A stretch of 57,580 nucleotides of DNA. Source: Candidatus Anoxychlamydiales bacterium. Its GTDB lineage: Bacteria > Chlamydiota > Chlamydiia > Chlamydiales > SM23-39. The notes under the pieces were generated by a model that was not told the origin of the DNA, made no database searches, and saw only the letters and a list, made by a program, of their open reading frames with translations. The stretch is taken from contig JAAKFI010000005.1 of assembly GCA_011065125.1 (NCBI GenBank), positions 1 to 57,580 of the forward strand, in the 5' to 3' direction. Shown here one piece after another: positions 6,844-16,268 of the stretch (position 1 is its first letter; every line of letters starts with the position of its first letter). Made by a program: the position numbers and the translations under genes.

Positions 6844-7431
6844 ATGTCTGAAATAAAATATAAGCCACATATAAAACTAGCTCATGATTTATGGAGTAAA
6901 TTTTTAAAAAAAGATTTTATATGCATAGATGCTACTATAGGCAATGGATTTGATACATTATTTCTATTAGAACTATCTACAAAATATAATTTAAAAAAAA
7001 TTATTGGATTTGATATTCAAAAACAAGCAATAGACAATACAAAAAATCTTTTGAAAAAAAATTTTAATCTTGAGGATTTAAAAAAAATTAATCTTTTTTT
7101 GAGTTCTCATGAAGACTTTTCAAAACATTTAAAAGAAAAAATAAATTTATTTATTTATAATTTAGGCTATCTTCCTAAATCTGATAAATCTATTACAACA
7201 AAATCTAAAACTACTATTCAAAGTATAAAATCGGCTTTTTTGCATTTAAGTCAAAATGGGGCTATTTCTATTACAGTCTATCCAGGTCATAGTGAAGGTA
7301 AAATTGAAGAAATAGAAATTTTAAAATTTTTAGAGGAAATAGATTATAAAATTTATAATATTATGCAATATAAATGGCTCAATAAAAAAAATAGTCCCTT
7401 TGTAATTTGGATTGAAAAATTATCAACTTAA
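6844..7431 (+). CDS. ytqB: Class I SAM-dependent methyltransferase, YtqB/MnmM-like
   Basis: IDATIGNGFDT, FDIQ.QA, NLGYLP..DKSITT, VYPGH.EG. Confidence 0.8.
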   Translation: MSEIKYKPHIKLAHDLWSKFLKKDFICIDATIGNGFDTLFLLELSTKYNLKKIIGFDIQKQAIDNTKNLLKKNFNLEDLKKINLFLSSHEDFSKHLKEKINLFIYNLGYLPKSDKSITTKSKTTIQSIKSAFLHLSQNGAISITVYPGHSEGKIEEIEILKFLEEIDYKIYNIMQYKWLNKKNSPFVIWIEKLST

Positions 7432-8253
7432 TAATTTATTTAATTCTATTTCATTAATCCAAGAAGATCCAAGTGATAAATAAGGCTTAATAGACCCATG
7501 ATAGTCAGATCCACCTGTAATTAATAGATTTTTTTTCTTAGCCATTTCTAAATATCTCTTTTCATCTTTTAATAAAAGCCTTGCATAATACACTTCAATT
7601 GCATCAAAGCCTTGATCTAATATTCCTTCAATTAATTTTCTTTTTTTTAAGAAATATGGATGAGCTAGAGATGCTTTTGCACCTGCTTTATGTAATATGT
7701 CTATTATTTCTTTTGGAGAATTTTTAAAGCCTTGAACATAACACTCAGCGCCATCTTTAATGTAAAGATCAAATGCTTGTTGGAAATTATCTACATATTT
7801 TTTTTCAAGCATTAGCATTGCAATATGAACTCTTCCAACACATGATCTTGATATTTTTTTTTTCTCTTTGGCATATTTATAAAGTTCATCAAAAGTAATA
7901 TTTATATTTTTTTCTCTTAATTTTTTTAATATTTCATCATTTCTTTCATCTCTTTGAATAAGCACTTTTTCTAAAAAAGCTTTCAAAGGTTTTGACTTAA
8001 TATCAAAGTTATATCCCAAAATATGAACATTGTTATTTTTGTACTCTGAAGATATTTCCACACCAGGAATTAACAAAAGATTTAAGTCTTTTGCCAATTT
8101 TAAAAGATTCTCATCATAGGCCATGATAGTATCGTGATCTGTAATAGATAAGCCATTTAAATTCTTTTCTTTTGCTAAATGCAATAACTCAGATGAAGTC
8201 ATTGTCCCATCAGAAAAAGTAGAGTGGCAATGTAGATCGTATCTTTCATCCAT
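7423..8253 (-). CDS. PHP-domain metal-dependent phosphoesterase (TrpH/YciV-like)
   Basis: DLHCHSTFSDG, ITDHD, GVEIS, HILGY, LAHP, TGGSDYHG. Confidence 0.92.
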   Translation of the reverse strand: MDERYDLHCHSTFSDGTMTSSELLHLAKEKNLNGLSITDHDTIMAYDENLLKLAKDLNLLLIPGVEISSEYKNNNVHILGYNFDIKSKPLKAFLEKVLIQRDERNDEILKKLREKNINITFDELYKYAKEKKKISRSCVGRVHIAMLMLEKKYVDNFQQAFDLYIKDGAECYVQGFKNSPKEIIDILHKAGAKASLAHPYFLKKRKLIEGILDQGFDAIEVYYARLLLKDEKRYLEMAKKKNLLITGGSDYHGSIKPYLSLGSSWINEIELNKLLS

Positions 8254-9116
8254 TATTCATTACCTCTATAAGGAATTAGTCTTACTTCTTCATGAAGCCT
8301 AATGTTTTTTTTCTTATATACAATATTTTTAACATGCTTTATCAAGTTTAAAACATCACTTGCTTTAGCATTATTCTCATTTACAATAAAATTAGCATGC
8401 TTTTCACTTATTTTTGCCCCACCTATTTTAAAGCCTTTCAAATCACACTCATCTATTAATTTTGCAGCAAAGTTATTTTCAGGATTTTTAAAAATGCAAC
8501 CACAATTTCTTGTGTTAATCGGTTGAGTCAAAGTTCTTTTTTTTATTAGATCTCTTTGATGATCAATTATATTTTCTTTATATTCTAGTTTGAATTTAGC
8601 AGATAATATAACACCTTTCATTTCTTGAAAAATTGAGTATCTATATCCAAAATTTATATCTTCTTTTTTGAAATTTATAATTTCAAAATTTTCATTTAGA
8701 TATGTAACATTAATTAATGTGTCGAATGTTTGTTGATTATTAGCTCCAGCGTTCATATATACAGCGCCACCAACGCTTCCTGGAAGAGGAGCTGCAAACT
8801 CAAATCCTGATAGATTTCTTTTAGAACATTCAATTGCAAATTTTGCAACACTTGTCCCTGAGGCAGTTTCTATTTCATTTTCATGAAAATTTATAAAATC
8901 AATTTTATTTAAAATTACAAGACCATCAAATCCCCTGTCATCAAATACAACATTAGATCCTTTAGCTAAAATAAAAGTTTTTAAATTATTTTTTTTTGCA
9001 TATATCAATGCATTTTTAAGATCTTCGATATTTGTAACTTTTACGAAATATTTTGCATTTCCGCCTATTCTAAAAGTTGTAAATTCTTTAAGAGATATGT
9101 TGTTTTGTATGTTCAT
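8253..9116 (-). CDS. murB: UDP-N-acetylenolpyruvoylglucosamine reductase
   Basis: TTFRIGG, GSN, PGSVGGAVYMNAGA, FGYR.S, GCIFKNP, KHANFIVN; second ATG chosen as start. Confidence 0.97.
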   Translation of the reverse strand: MNIQNNISLKEFTTFRIGGNAKYFVKVTNIEDLKNALIYAKKNNLKTFILAKGSNVVFDDRGFDGLVILNKIDFINFHENEIETASGTSVAKFAIECSKRNLSGFEFAAPLPGSVGGAVYMNAGANNQQTFDTLINVTYLNENFEIINFKKEDINFGYRYSIFQEMKGVILSAKFKLEYKENIIDHQRDLIKKRTLTQPINTRNCGCIFKNPENNFAAKLIDECDLKGFKIGGAKISEKHANFIVNENNAKASDVLNLIKHVKNIVYKKKNIRLHEEVRLIPYRGNE

Positions 9117-9516
9117 AGCTTTGATAAAATCCATCTACTATAGCATTTACAAAATTTGCCCCTTCTTTGGTCGAAAATTTTTTACACAATCTAATCGCTT
9201 CAGCTATAGATACTTTAGCAGGTAAATCTTTTATGTATTTTATTTCATAAATGCATTGTCTGATTATATTAAGTTCTACCTTTGAAATTCTATTAAAATT
9301 ATATGATTTTGAAATGTTTTTTATGATTTCATCAATTTCATCTTGCTTTGATCTGATATCTTCTACTAATTCAAACAATGATTTTATGTTTTTTTTAGTA
9401 GTCTTTATAAGTTCCATTAATAATTTAATTAGATCAGTTTTATCAGAAACAGAATAATCCAATGCGTATAAAGTTTGAAAAATAACTTCTCTATTTTTTT
9501 GTTTAGCAAATGCCAT
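9088..9516 (-). CDS. nusB: Transcription antitermination factor NusB
   Basis: REVIFQTLY, V.IAEAIRL.KKFS, FVNAIVD. Confidence 0.93.
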   Translation of the reverse strand: MAFAKQKNREVIFQTLYALDYSVSDKTDLIKLLMELIKTTKKNIKSLFELVEDIRSKQDEIDEIIKNISKSYNFNRISKVELNIIRQCIYEIKYIKDLPAKVSIAEAIRLCKKFSTKEGANFVNAIVDGFYQSYEHTKQHIS

Positions 9517-9713
9517 TTAATTCACCATATTCTTGAAAAGAGTATATCATATAACAATCTTTTTATAGTACTTTTTCTTAAATTACCCAAATTAGTTTAA
9601 ATTAAGCATCCAATTAAGAATTAGCATTTTAATTAATAAAAAATAAAAATACATTATTAATTTCTTGAATAATAATAAAAATATAATCAAACTATATTAG
9701 AAGGGATAGAACT

Positions 9714-10307
9714 ATGTTTGGAATTTTTTTAGATACAGAAACAAATGGACTTAACCCTTATATAAATAAAATATTTGAAATTGCTTTTAAAATAATTGAT
9801 TTATATACAGGAGATATTATTGATGAATATCAATCATTAATAAAGATTGATAAGTCAATTTTTGAATCTAGTAATTTAAAAAGTTTAGAAATAACAGGTT
9901 TTACTTTTGAAGAACTCCAAAAAGGAAAAGATATTTCAATAATTCAAAATGAACTTATTACAATTTTTAAGAAATATACTTTAACAGATGAAAATTCTTT
10001 TTTTATTTGCCAAAACCCCTCTTTTGATAGAATTTTTGTCTCTCAAATAATTCCTCCTGAACTGCAAACTGAATTTAATTGGCCATATCACTGGCTTGAT
10101 TTAGCTTCAATGTTTTGGTCTATTTCAATTAAAACTAAAGAGTCAAATAAACCTTTTTTATGGCAAAACAATCTTTCAAAAGATATAATTGCTACTACTT
10201 ATAACCTACCTAAAGAAAAGTTGCCACATAGAGCAATGAATGGTGTGAATCATTTAATCCTATGTTATAAATCAGTTGTAGGGTTTCCATTTGAGGAAAC
10301 TAAATAA
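9714..10307 (+). CDS. DEDD-family 3'-5' exonuclease
   Basis: ExoI FLDTETNG, ExoII QNPSFD, ExoIII-like HRAMNG. Confidence 0.85.
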   Translation: MFGIFLDTETNGLNPYINKIFEIAFKIIDLYTGDIIDEYQSLIKIDKSIFESSNLKSLEITGFTFEELQKGKDISIIQNELITIFKKYTLTDENSFFICQNPSFDRIFVSQIIPPELQTEFNWPYHWLDLASMFWSISIKTKESNKPFLWQNNLSKDIIATTYNLPKEKLPHRAMNGVNHLILCYKSVVGFPFEETK

Positions 10308-10408
10308 ATTTGCATTTTTTTGATTTTTATGTTATTTTAGTAAAAAAATCGCTTTTATAAATCTTTAAATTAAGATATATATCTTATATAAAACAATAAA
10401 TTAAAATT

Positions 10409-11206
10409 ATGGATTTTATACACGCACTAATACCCATCATAGAAGTATTAATAATTGCTGCTGCAATTAATTATTTACTTTCTTTTTTTTGGAATACAAA
10501 ATCAATGGATTTAGTATGGGGGGTTTTAGCATTTGTTATATTATTTGCTATTGCTACATACCTGAAACTGCCTGTTATTCATAAAATAATGTTACAGTTA
10601 GGTAGCGCTGCGATTGTTGGATTTATAGTAATTTTTCAACCTGAGCTTAGAATAGCTTTATCAAAACTTTCTTTGAAAGGTAAGAGATATAAAGAAATAA
10701 CCGAATTCGATAGGTTTTTAGAACACTTAGCAAACTCAACATATAGACTAGCTGAAAAAAGAATAGGAGCTCTAATTGCCTTAGAAAAAGAAGATTCCTT
10801 AGAAGAATTTGCTCAAAAAGCTGTTATGCTAAATGCAGATTTTTCATCAGAATTATTAGAAACAGTATTTGCAACAACAACCCCACTTCACGATGGAGCT
10901 ATTATAATAAGAAGTAAAACTATTGTTTCTGCAGCTAGTATACTGCCTTTAGCTGAAGACATCTCTCATATCACCAAATCAATGGGAACAAGACACAGAG
11001 CTGGCATTGGGCTTTCTAATATTACAGATGCATTGGTTATTGTTATATCTGAGGAAAGTGGTAAAGTATCCATTGCAAGGGATGGGATTATTACAAGAGG
11101 AATCAAAATAGATAGATTTAAAGGAATTATTAGAAGTGTATTCAATCCACCAAATAAAATTCCTTTTCAAAACAAATTTAAATTTAAAGAATGGTTAAAA
11201 AAATGA
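10409..11206 (+). CDS. dacA: Diadenylate cyclase CdaA/DacA
   Basis: Three N-terminal TM helices, FQPELR, TPLHDGA, GTRHRA, SEE.G.VS. Confidence 0.96.
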   Translation: MDFIHALIPIIEVLIIAAAINYLLSFFWNTKSMDLVWGVLAFVILFAIATYLKLPVIHKIMLQLGSAAIVGFIVIFQPELRIALSKLSLKGKRYKEITEFDRFLEHLANSTYRLAEKRIGALIALEKEDSLEEFAQKAVMLNADFSSELLETVFATTTPLHDGAIIIRSKTIVSAASILPLAEDISHITKSMGTRHRAGIGLSNITDALVIVISEESGKVSIARDGIITRGIKIDRFKGIIRSVFNPPNKIPFQNKFKFKEWLKK

Positions 11207-12456
11207 TTAGCTTTTTAAAGAAATTATTTTTAGACAATTGGCAAAGAAAATTACTTTCAATTATTTTAGCAATGATAGTATGGATTGTTGTAAACCATTC
11301 ACTTAGTTCTACTAAAATAATAAGCGATATACCCATAAAAATAATTAATATTCCTAAAAACAAAACCCTTATTGGCCTTGGATCCAATGGTTTTTTAAAA
11401 GATAAAATAACCTTAAATGTTATGGGAAATAAAAACTTTTTAGACCATTTAACTTCAAATGATCTTTTTGTATTAATTGATGTAGAAAATATGCCAAATC
11501 ATTTTGAAGAAATAATAACAAAAAAAAACCTAGTCTCTATTGATTCTAAATATAACCTGGAAAGATCGATAAAAAAAATCAAGCCCTCAGTTTACGAAGT
11601 GCGTTTAAGTGAATTAATTACTGAAAAAGTTCCAATTTATTTATCAGATCCAATTGGAGAGGCTCCTTTAGGGTACGAGTTTACAGATATCTTTCCATTT
11701 AAATTAAATATTACTATAACAGGACCTGAAGAGATGATAAAAGAAATCAAATCAAATTCACTTAACCTAACTTTTAATTTAAATAATATTACTAAAACAG
11801 AACTTGATGCTTTATATAATGAAAACAAAAATTCAAGAAAAGATGTAATTAATTATTTAGTTCCAACTTCATGGAAAAAAATAAATATTCCTTCAATCTC
11901 TTCTAATTCAATTACTATTGATGATCCCGAATCTAAATATATGAGAATAGATTTCATTAAAAAAGATTTAATTCCAATAAATGCATCTATTCCAATTCAA
12001 TTATTTTTCCCAACCAAAAATAATTCTAAGTACAACCCTAAAACTACATATTTAGAAGAAAATGATCTTATTAAAAATATGAATGATGTATTTTTAGTAA
12101 CAACTCCACTTTTTGCAAAAGGAGTTAGTGAGTTATTTTTAGATATAATAAAAGATAAAATTGTAATAGTCATTTCAGTAGACCCTAAAGACCACTCTCA
12201 CAGTTTAAAATGGAATATTAATTATATTTTAGCAATCGAAGCAGAAAAAGAGTATGTTGCAAAAGCACTGTCTGAAGAGACTGATAATGAACTTAGAAAA
12301 ATTCAACCTCATTTGAGAGAAAAATATTTAAAAAATAGATTCAGATCTTTTTTAAATAAATTTAGATTATGGTCATCCTCTGAAAAAAAATTAAATTTAA
12401 AAATTAAACTTAAAAATGACAAAGTTGTAGTTAGTTCAAGTAAATCCACTAAATGA
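11203..12456 (+). CDS. ybbR: YbbR/CdaR-like regulator of diadenylate cyclase
   Basis: NWQRKLLSIILAMIVW TM anchor directly after dacA (ATGA-type overlap region); chlamydial dacA-ybbR order. Confidence 0.85.
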   Translation: MISFLKKLFLDNWQRKLLSIILAMIVWIVVNHSLSSTKIISDIPIKIINIPKNKTLIGLGSNGFLKDKITLNVMGNKNFLDHLTSNDLFVLIDVENMPNHFEEIITKKNLVSIDSKYNLERSIKKIKPSVYEVRLSELITEKVPIYLSDPIGEAPLGYEFTDIFPFKLNITITGPEEMIKEIKSNSLNLTFNLNNITKTELDALYNENKNSRKDVINYLVPTSWKKINIPSISSNSITIDDPESKYMRIDFIKKDLIPINASIPIQLFFPTKNNSKYNPKTTYLEENDLIKNMNDVFLVTTPLFAKGVSELFLDIIKDKIVIVISVDPKDHSHSLKWNINYILAIEAEKEYVAKALSEETDNELRKIQPHLREKYLKNRFRSFLNKFRLWSSSEKKLNLKIKLKNDKVVVSSSKSTK

Positions 12457-13586
12457 AAAACATTACTTTAATAAAATATCATCTAAATAAAAAAGGTGGT
12501 TTAGAAAAATATTTTTTCTCTTTTTTAGACTATTTAATAAAAAATAATTATTTTATTACAATCATAACTAGTGACGCCTCTATTTTAGAAAGTTCTAAAA
12601 ATATTAAAATAGTTACATTAAAATTAAAAAAAACTTTAAAATTCTTAAAGCTAAAAGAGTTCGATTTACTTTTAAATGATTATTTAAAAAACAATAAGAT
12701 TGGTAAAGTTTTTTCCTTCGATAGAGTTTCTTTTCATAATTATACAAGACTTGGAAATGGAGTGCATTTATCTTTCTTAAATAAAAGAAAATTAACAGAA
12801 TCCTTTTTTAAAACCTTTCTAAATAAAATAAATCCACTTCATAAAACAATACTGGATATTGAAAGAAAATCTTTAAAATTTGTTCATTTAAAAAAAATAA
12901 TTGTTAATTCTAACATGGTAAAAAATGAGCTTATAAATTATTACCAAGTAGACTCTAAAAAAATACAAGTAATTCACAATGGAGTTGAGATTAAAAATAA
13001 TGAAGAAGACTTCTTGTCTTCTTTTAAAAATCCAAATAATTGCTATGAAAAAACAAGTTTAAATCCAAATAATTATAATCTCTTATTTATTGCAAATGAT
13101 TTTAAAAGAAAAGGGCTATTACCTCTATTGAAAGCAATTTATTTACTAAAAGAAAAAAATATTTTTTTATCAATAGTTGGAAGCGATAAAAAAATAGATA
13201 AATATAAAAAACTTATAAAAAAATTAAATATAGAAAATAAAGTAAAATTTTTTGGATCTTTAAATAATGTAAATGATTTTTATAAATGTTGCACAATATT
13301 TATATTACCAACTATATATGATCCTTTTTCAAATGTTGCTATTGAAGCTTTATCTTATGGTCTTTTTACAATAACTACAGAGCATAACGGCGCTTGCGAA
13401 GTGATTGATAAAAAAAATGGTTATATACTTAAAAATGCAGTAGATATTTATGAAATTAAAAAATCAATAAGTCTTGCTATGCAATATAAAAAAAATCTAG
13501 AAAATGCAACTAAGATCCGAAATTCTATTTTACATTTAGATTTTTCTAATCAATTAAACAAACTTTTAAATGTCATAAATGAATAA
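12453..13586 (+). CDS. Glycosyltransferase family 4 (WaaG/RfaG-like)
   Basis: GGLEKY, IHNGV, F.RKGL, PTIYDPFSNVAIEALSYGL. Confidence 0.9.
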   Translation: MKNITLIKYHLNKKGGLEKYFFSFLDYLIKNNYFITIITSDASILESSKNIKIVTLKLKKTLKFLKLKEFDLLLNDYLKNNKIGKVFSFDRVSFHNYTRLGNGVHLSFLNKRKLTESFFKTFLNKINPLHKTILDIERKSLKFVHLKKIIVNSNMVKNELINYYQVDSKKIQVIHNGVEIKNNEEDFLSSFKNPNNCYEKTSLNPNNYNLLFIANDFKRKGLLPLLKAIYLLKEKNIFLSIVGSDKKIDKYKKLIKKLNIENKVKFFGSLNNVNDFYKCCTIFILPTIYDPFSNVAIEALSYGLFTITTEHNGACEVIDKKNGYILKNAVDIYEIKKSISLAMQYKKNLENATKIRNSILHLDFSNQLNKLLNVINE

Positions 13587-14835
13587 AAACACTTTATCCT
13601 ATTATTTTATTAGATTTATTACTTTTCCAATTCAATATATTCCTTATAAAGTCTTACATAAGTTTGGTAAAATTATTGGCTATATTTCTTTTTATTTATT
13701 GAAAAATTACAGAAAAAGAGCCCTTAGTAATTTAGCTTTAGCTAAAAGCTTAAATTTATCCAATAATGATATAAAAAAAAATGCTATTAAATCCTTTCAA
13801 AATTTGGCAATCACATTATTAGAATACCCTAAATTCTTTTATGAAAAAGATTTGTCTAAATTATTTGTTTGTGAAAAAGAACAACCAGCTCTTGATTTAT
13901 ACAAAAAAAATATTGGTATAATTTTTTTTGTATCTCATTTATCTAACTGGGAGACTTTATTTTTAAATGGCACTTTAAAAATGAAAGGAATAGCAATTGC
14001 AAAACCAATAAAAAACAAAAAATTATATAACTGGATAAAAAAAATAAGAGAAAAAAATAATGGTCAAATAATTGAGCCTAAAAATGCTTTAAAAGAATCC
14101 TTAAGAAATTTAAAAAAAGGCGTTTTTGTTGGCTTAGTTGCTGATCAAGGAATGCCTGATAGCAATTATTCATATCCTTTTTTTAATAGAAGAGCATGGA
14201 ATACAACCTCTCCTGCTCTACTTTCTTATAAAACCTCATCTCCTATAATTATAGCTACTACTAAAAGAGAAAATGGACGATACAAAATAAAATATTCAGA
14301 TCCAATATGGCCCAACTTAAATAATAACAAAGATTTTGAGATTAAAAGGTTGATGGATAAATCTTTAAATATTTTAGAAACAGAAATTAGAAAAAGTCCA
14401 GGAGAGTATTTTTGGCAGCATAATAAATATAAGCAACAAAGTTTGAGATACATTTATAAAAGATTTAGATATGACAGTATTTTAATAGTTTTACCAAAAG
14501 AAAAAGAAAATTTTCATAAAATACTAAATGATTTAAAAACATTTAAAGAAATATATTACAGAGAATTTTTATTTATTTTATGTCCTATAAATTTTAAAAA
14601 TGAAAAATTAATAGATTGCGAAGAAGTTATCTATTATGAAAATTATAATGATACCTTACTTGATGATTATAGATTTAAATTAGTTTTTAACTTTACAAAC
14701 TTCAAAAAAATAAATAAATATTATTTAAAAAAATCATCTTTTGAAACTTTTGATATAAAAAAGTTACAAAAAATATCTAAATTAAATACCATAAATCTGT
14801 CAATTTTATTAAAAAAAACAATTTGTAGAACTTAA
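13579..14835 (+). CDS. htrB: Lipid A late acyltransferase (LpxL/HtrB) with chlamydial C-terminal extension
   Basis: HLSNWE (H-x4-E), ADQ, P.EYFW.H motifs; synteny with dacA-ybbR. Confidence 0.9.
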   Translation: MNKNTLSYYFIRFITFPIQYIPYKVLHKFGKIIGYISFYLLKNYRKRALSNLALAKSLNLSNNDIKKNAIKSFQNLAITLLEYPKFFYEKDLSKLFVCEKEQPALDLYKKNIGIIFFVSHLSNWETLFLNGTLKMKGIAIAKPIKNKKLYNWIKKIREKNNGQIIEPKNALKESLRNLKKGVFVGLVADQGMPDSNYSYPFFNRRAWNTTSPALLSYKTSSPIIIATTKRENGRYKIKYSDPIWPNLNNNKDFEIKRLMDKSLNILETEIRKSPGEYFWQHNKYKQQSLRYIYKRFRYDSILIVLPKEKENFHKILNDLKTFKEIYYREFLFILCPINFKNEKLIDCEEVIYYENYNDTLLDDYRFKLVFNFTNFKKINKYYLKKSSFETFDIKKLQKISKLNTINLSILLKKTICRT

Positions 14836-14837
14836 AT

Positions 14838-15539
14838 ATGCCAATTAAAAGATTTTATCAAAAAGATTTAAAAAAAGATGATTTAACTATTGAAATTCAA
14901 GGATCTGAATTTCATCATTTAAAAAATGTAATGAGAGTAAAAGAAAAAGAAGAAGTTGATATTATTAATGGAAAAGGATTAATTGCCAAAGCAAAGCTTA
15001 CAAAAATTCATAAAAGCTATTCTACTTTCAATATTTTATCTAAAACTTTTCAAAAAGAGAAAGATTATAAAACGATACTTGTACAAGCAATCATACAACC
15101 TTTAAAATTAGATTTTTTATTAGAAAAATGCACTGAGCTAGACGTTGATGAATTTTATTTTTTCTGCTCAAAAAATAGTGAAAAAATAAATTTTTCAAAA
15201 AATAGACTAGAGAGGATGAATAATATTTTAATATCTTCCATCAAACAGTGCTCAAAATTATATCTTCCAAAAATCAATATTTTAAAATCTTTATATGAAA
15301 TATCTTTTGATGGAACTATATATTATGGTTCTACTAAAAAAGCACCTTTATTAAAAAACTCAATAAAAAAAAGCAAAAAATCCTATTTTGTAATAGGTCC
15401 ATCTATGGGCTTTGATAGTAAAGAAATTGAATTCTTATCAAATATAAATGCCCTATCAGTTAGTTTAAGTGATAATATTTTAAGATCAGAAACAGCGTCC
15501 ATTGCATCTATTTGTCTTTTAAATCATTTAATTAAATAA
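14838..15539 (+). CDS. rsmE: 16S rRNA m3U1498 methyltransferase
   Basis: HHLKNVMR, EKCTEL, IGP..GF, NILRSETA. Confidence 0.93.
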   Translation: MPIKRFYQKDLKKDDLTIEIQGSEFHHLKNVMRVKEKEEVDIINGKGLIAKAKLTKIHKSYSTFNILSKTFQKEKDYKTILVQAIIQPLKLDFLLEKCTELDVDEFYFFCSKNSEKINFSKNRLERMNNILISSIKQCSKLYLPKINILKSLYEISFDGTIYYGSTKKAPLLKNSIKKSKKSYFVIGPSMGFDSKEIEFLSNINALSVSLSDNILRSETASIASICLLNHLIK

Positions 15540-15638
15540 CTAAAAATATAAATTTCCTTAAACACCAACAGCTTACAACTTCTTAATTATAAAACACTTA
15601 TGTATGTGTGAATAAAAACCATTATTAAAACTTCTCTA

Positions 15639-15700
15639 AATCAATAACTTGTAATTACACTATTTAAAGAATTTGTTAATTATGGTATAATTAAACCATA
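15639..15700 (+). promoter_or_regulatory. IHF-consensus site followed by an extended -10 (TGGTATAAT) inside the inverted repeat TATGGT-N8-ACCATA
   Basis: AATCAATAACTTG (15639-15651) matches WATCAANNNNTTR; TGGTATAAT at 15683-15691; inverted repeat 15681-15700. Confidence 0.4.
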
Positions 15701-15747
15701 TATATAATATGATTTTAATACTAATAAGTAAAAATAAAGGTAAAATT

Positions 15748-16257
15748 ATGACATGCATAAAATTGTCCGGTAAAAATAAACTAGATACTGAAGTAATTAA
15801 ACAAGTTGAAGATGATGCTATTTTGCAAAATATTTTAAAGAAAACAGATCAAGAAATTAAAGCATTTATGAAGAAATTTCTTCGTGACATGGATACTTTG
15901 AAAACAGCTTCTAAGGATGAAAAAACATCTCCATCTTTCAAAGATAGAAGCATAGCAGATTACACAAATATACTTATGAATTTAGAATTAAGTATTGAAA
16001 AAGCTAAAACCTGTTCTACAATGTATGACGAACACCTAACAAATTTTGATCGTTTTTGGTATGATCTAGGATCGAAGGCTAATGATTTAAAAAATGCACT
16101 ATATAAATTAGAAACATTGCGAAGACAATTAAATTCTACTCCAACATCATCTCAAAAATCAGGGGCTAGCTCTCCATCAACAGGATTAGATAAAACTAAC
16201 TCAAGAGCCGAAGCAGCTCCTTCTGCTATACCGCCATTACCTTTAATGCCTAAATAA
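15748..16257 (+). CDS. Orphan hypothetical protein, helical with Ser/Pro-rich tail
   Basis: Long ORF; AAGGT before ATG 15748; C-terminal STPTSSQKSGASSPST...PPLPLMPK. Confidence 0.75.
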   Translation: MTCIKLSGKNKLDTEVIKQVEDDAILQNILKKTDQEIKAFMKKFLRDMDTLKTASKDEKTSPSFKDRSIADYTNILMNLELSIEKAKTCSTMYDEHLTNFDRFWYDLGSKANDLKNALYKLETLRRQLNSTPTSSQKSGASSPSTGLDKTNSRAEAAPSAIPPLPLMPK

Positions 16258-16268
16258 TAACTGAAAAT

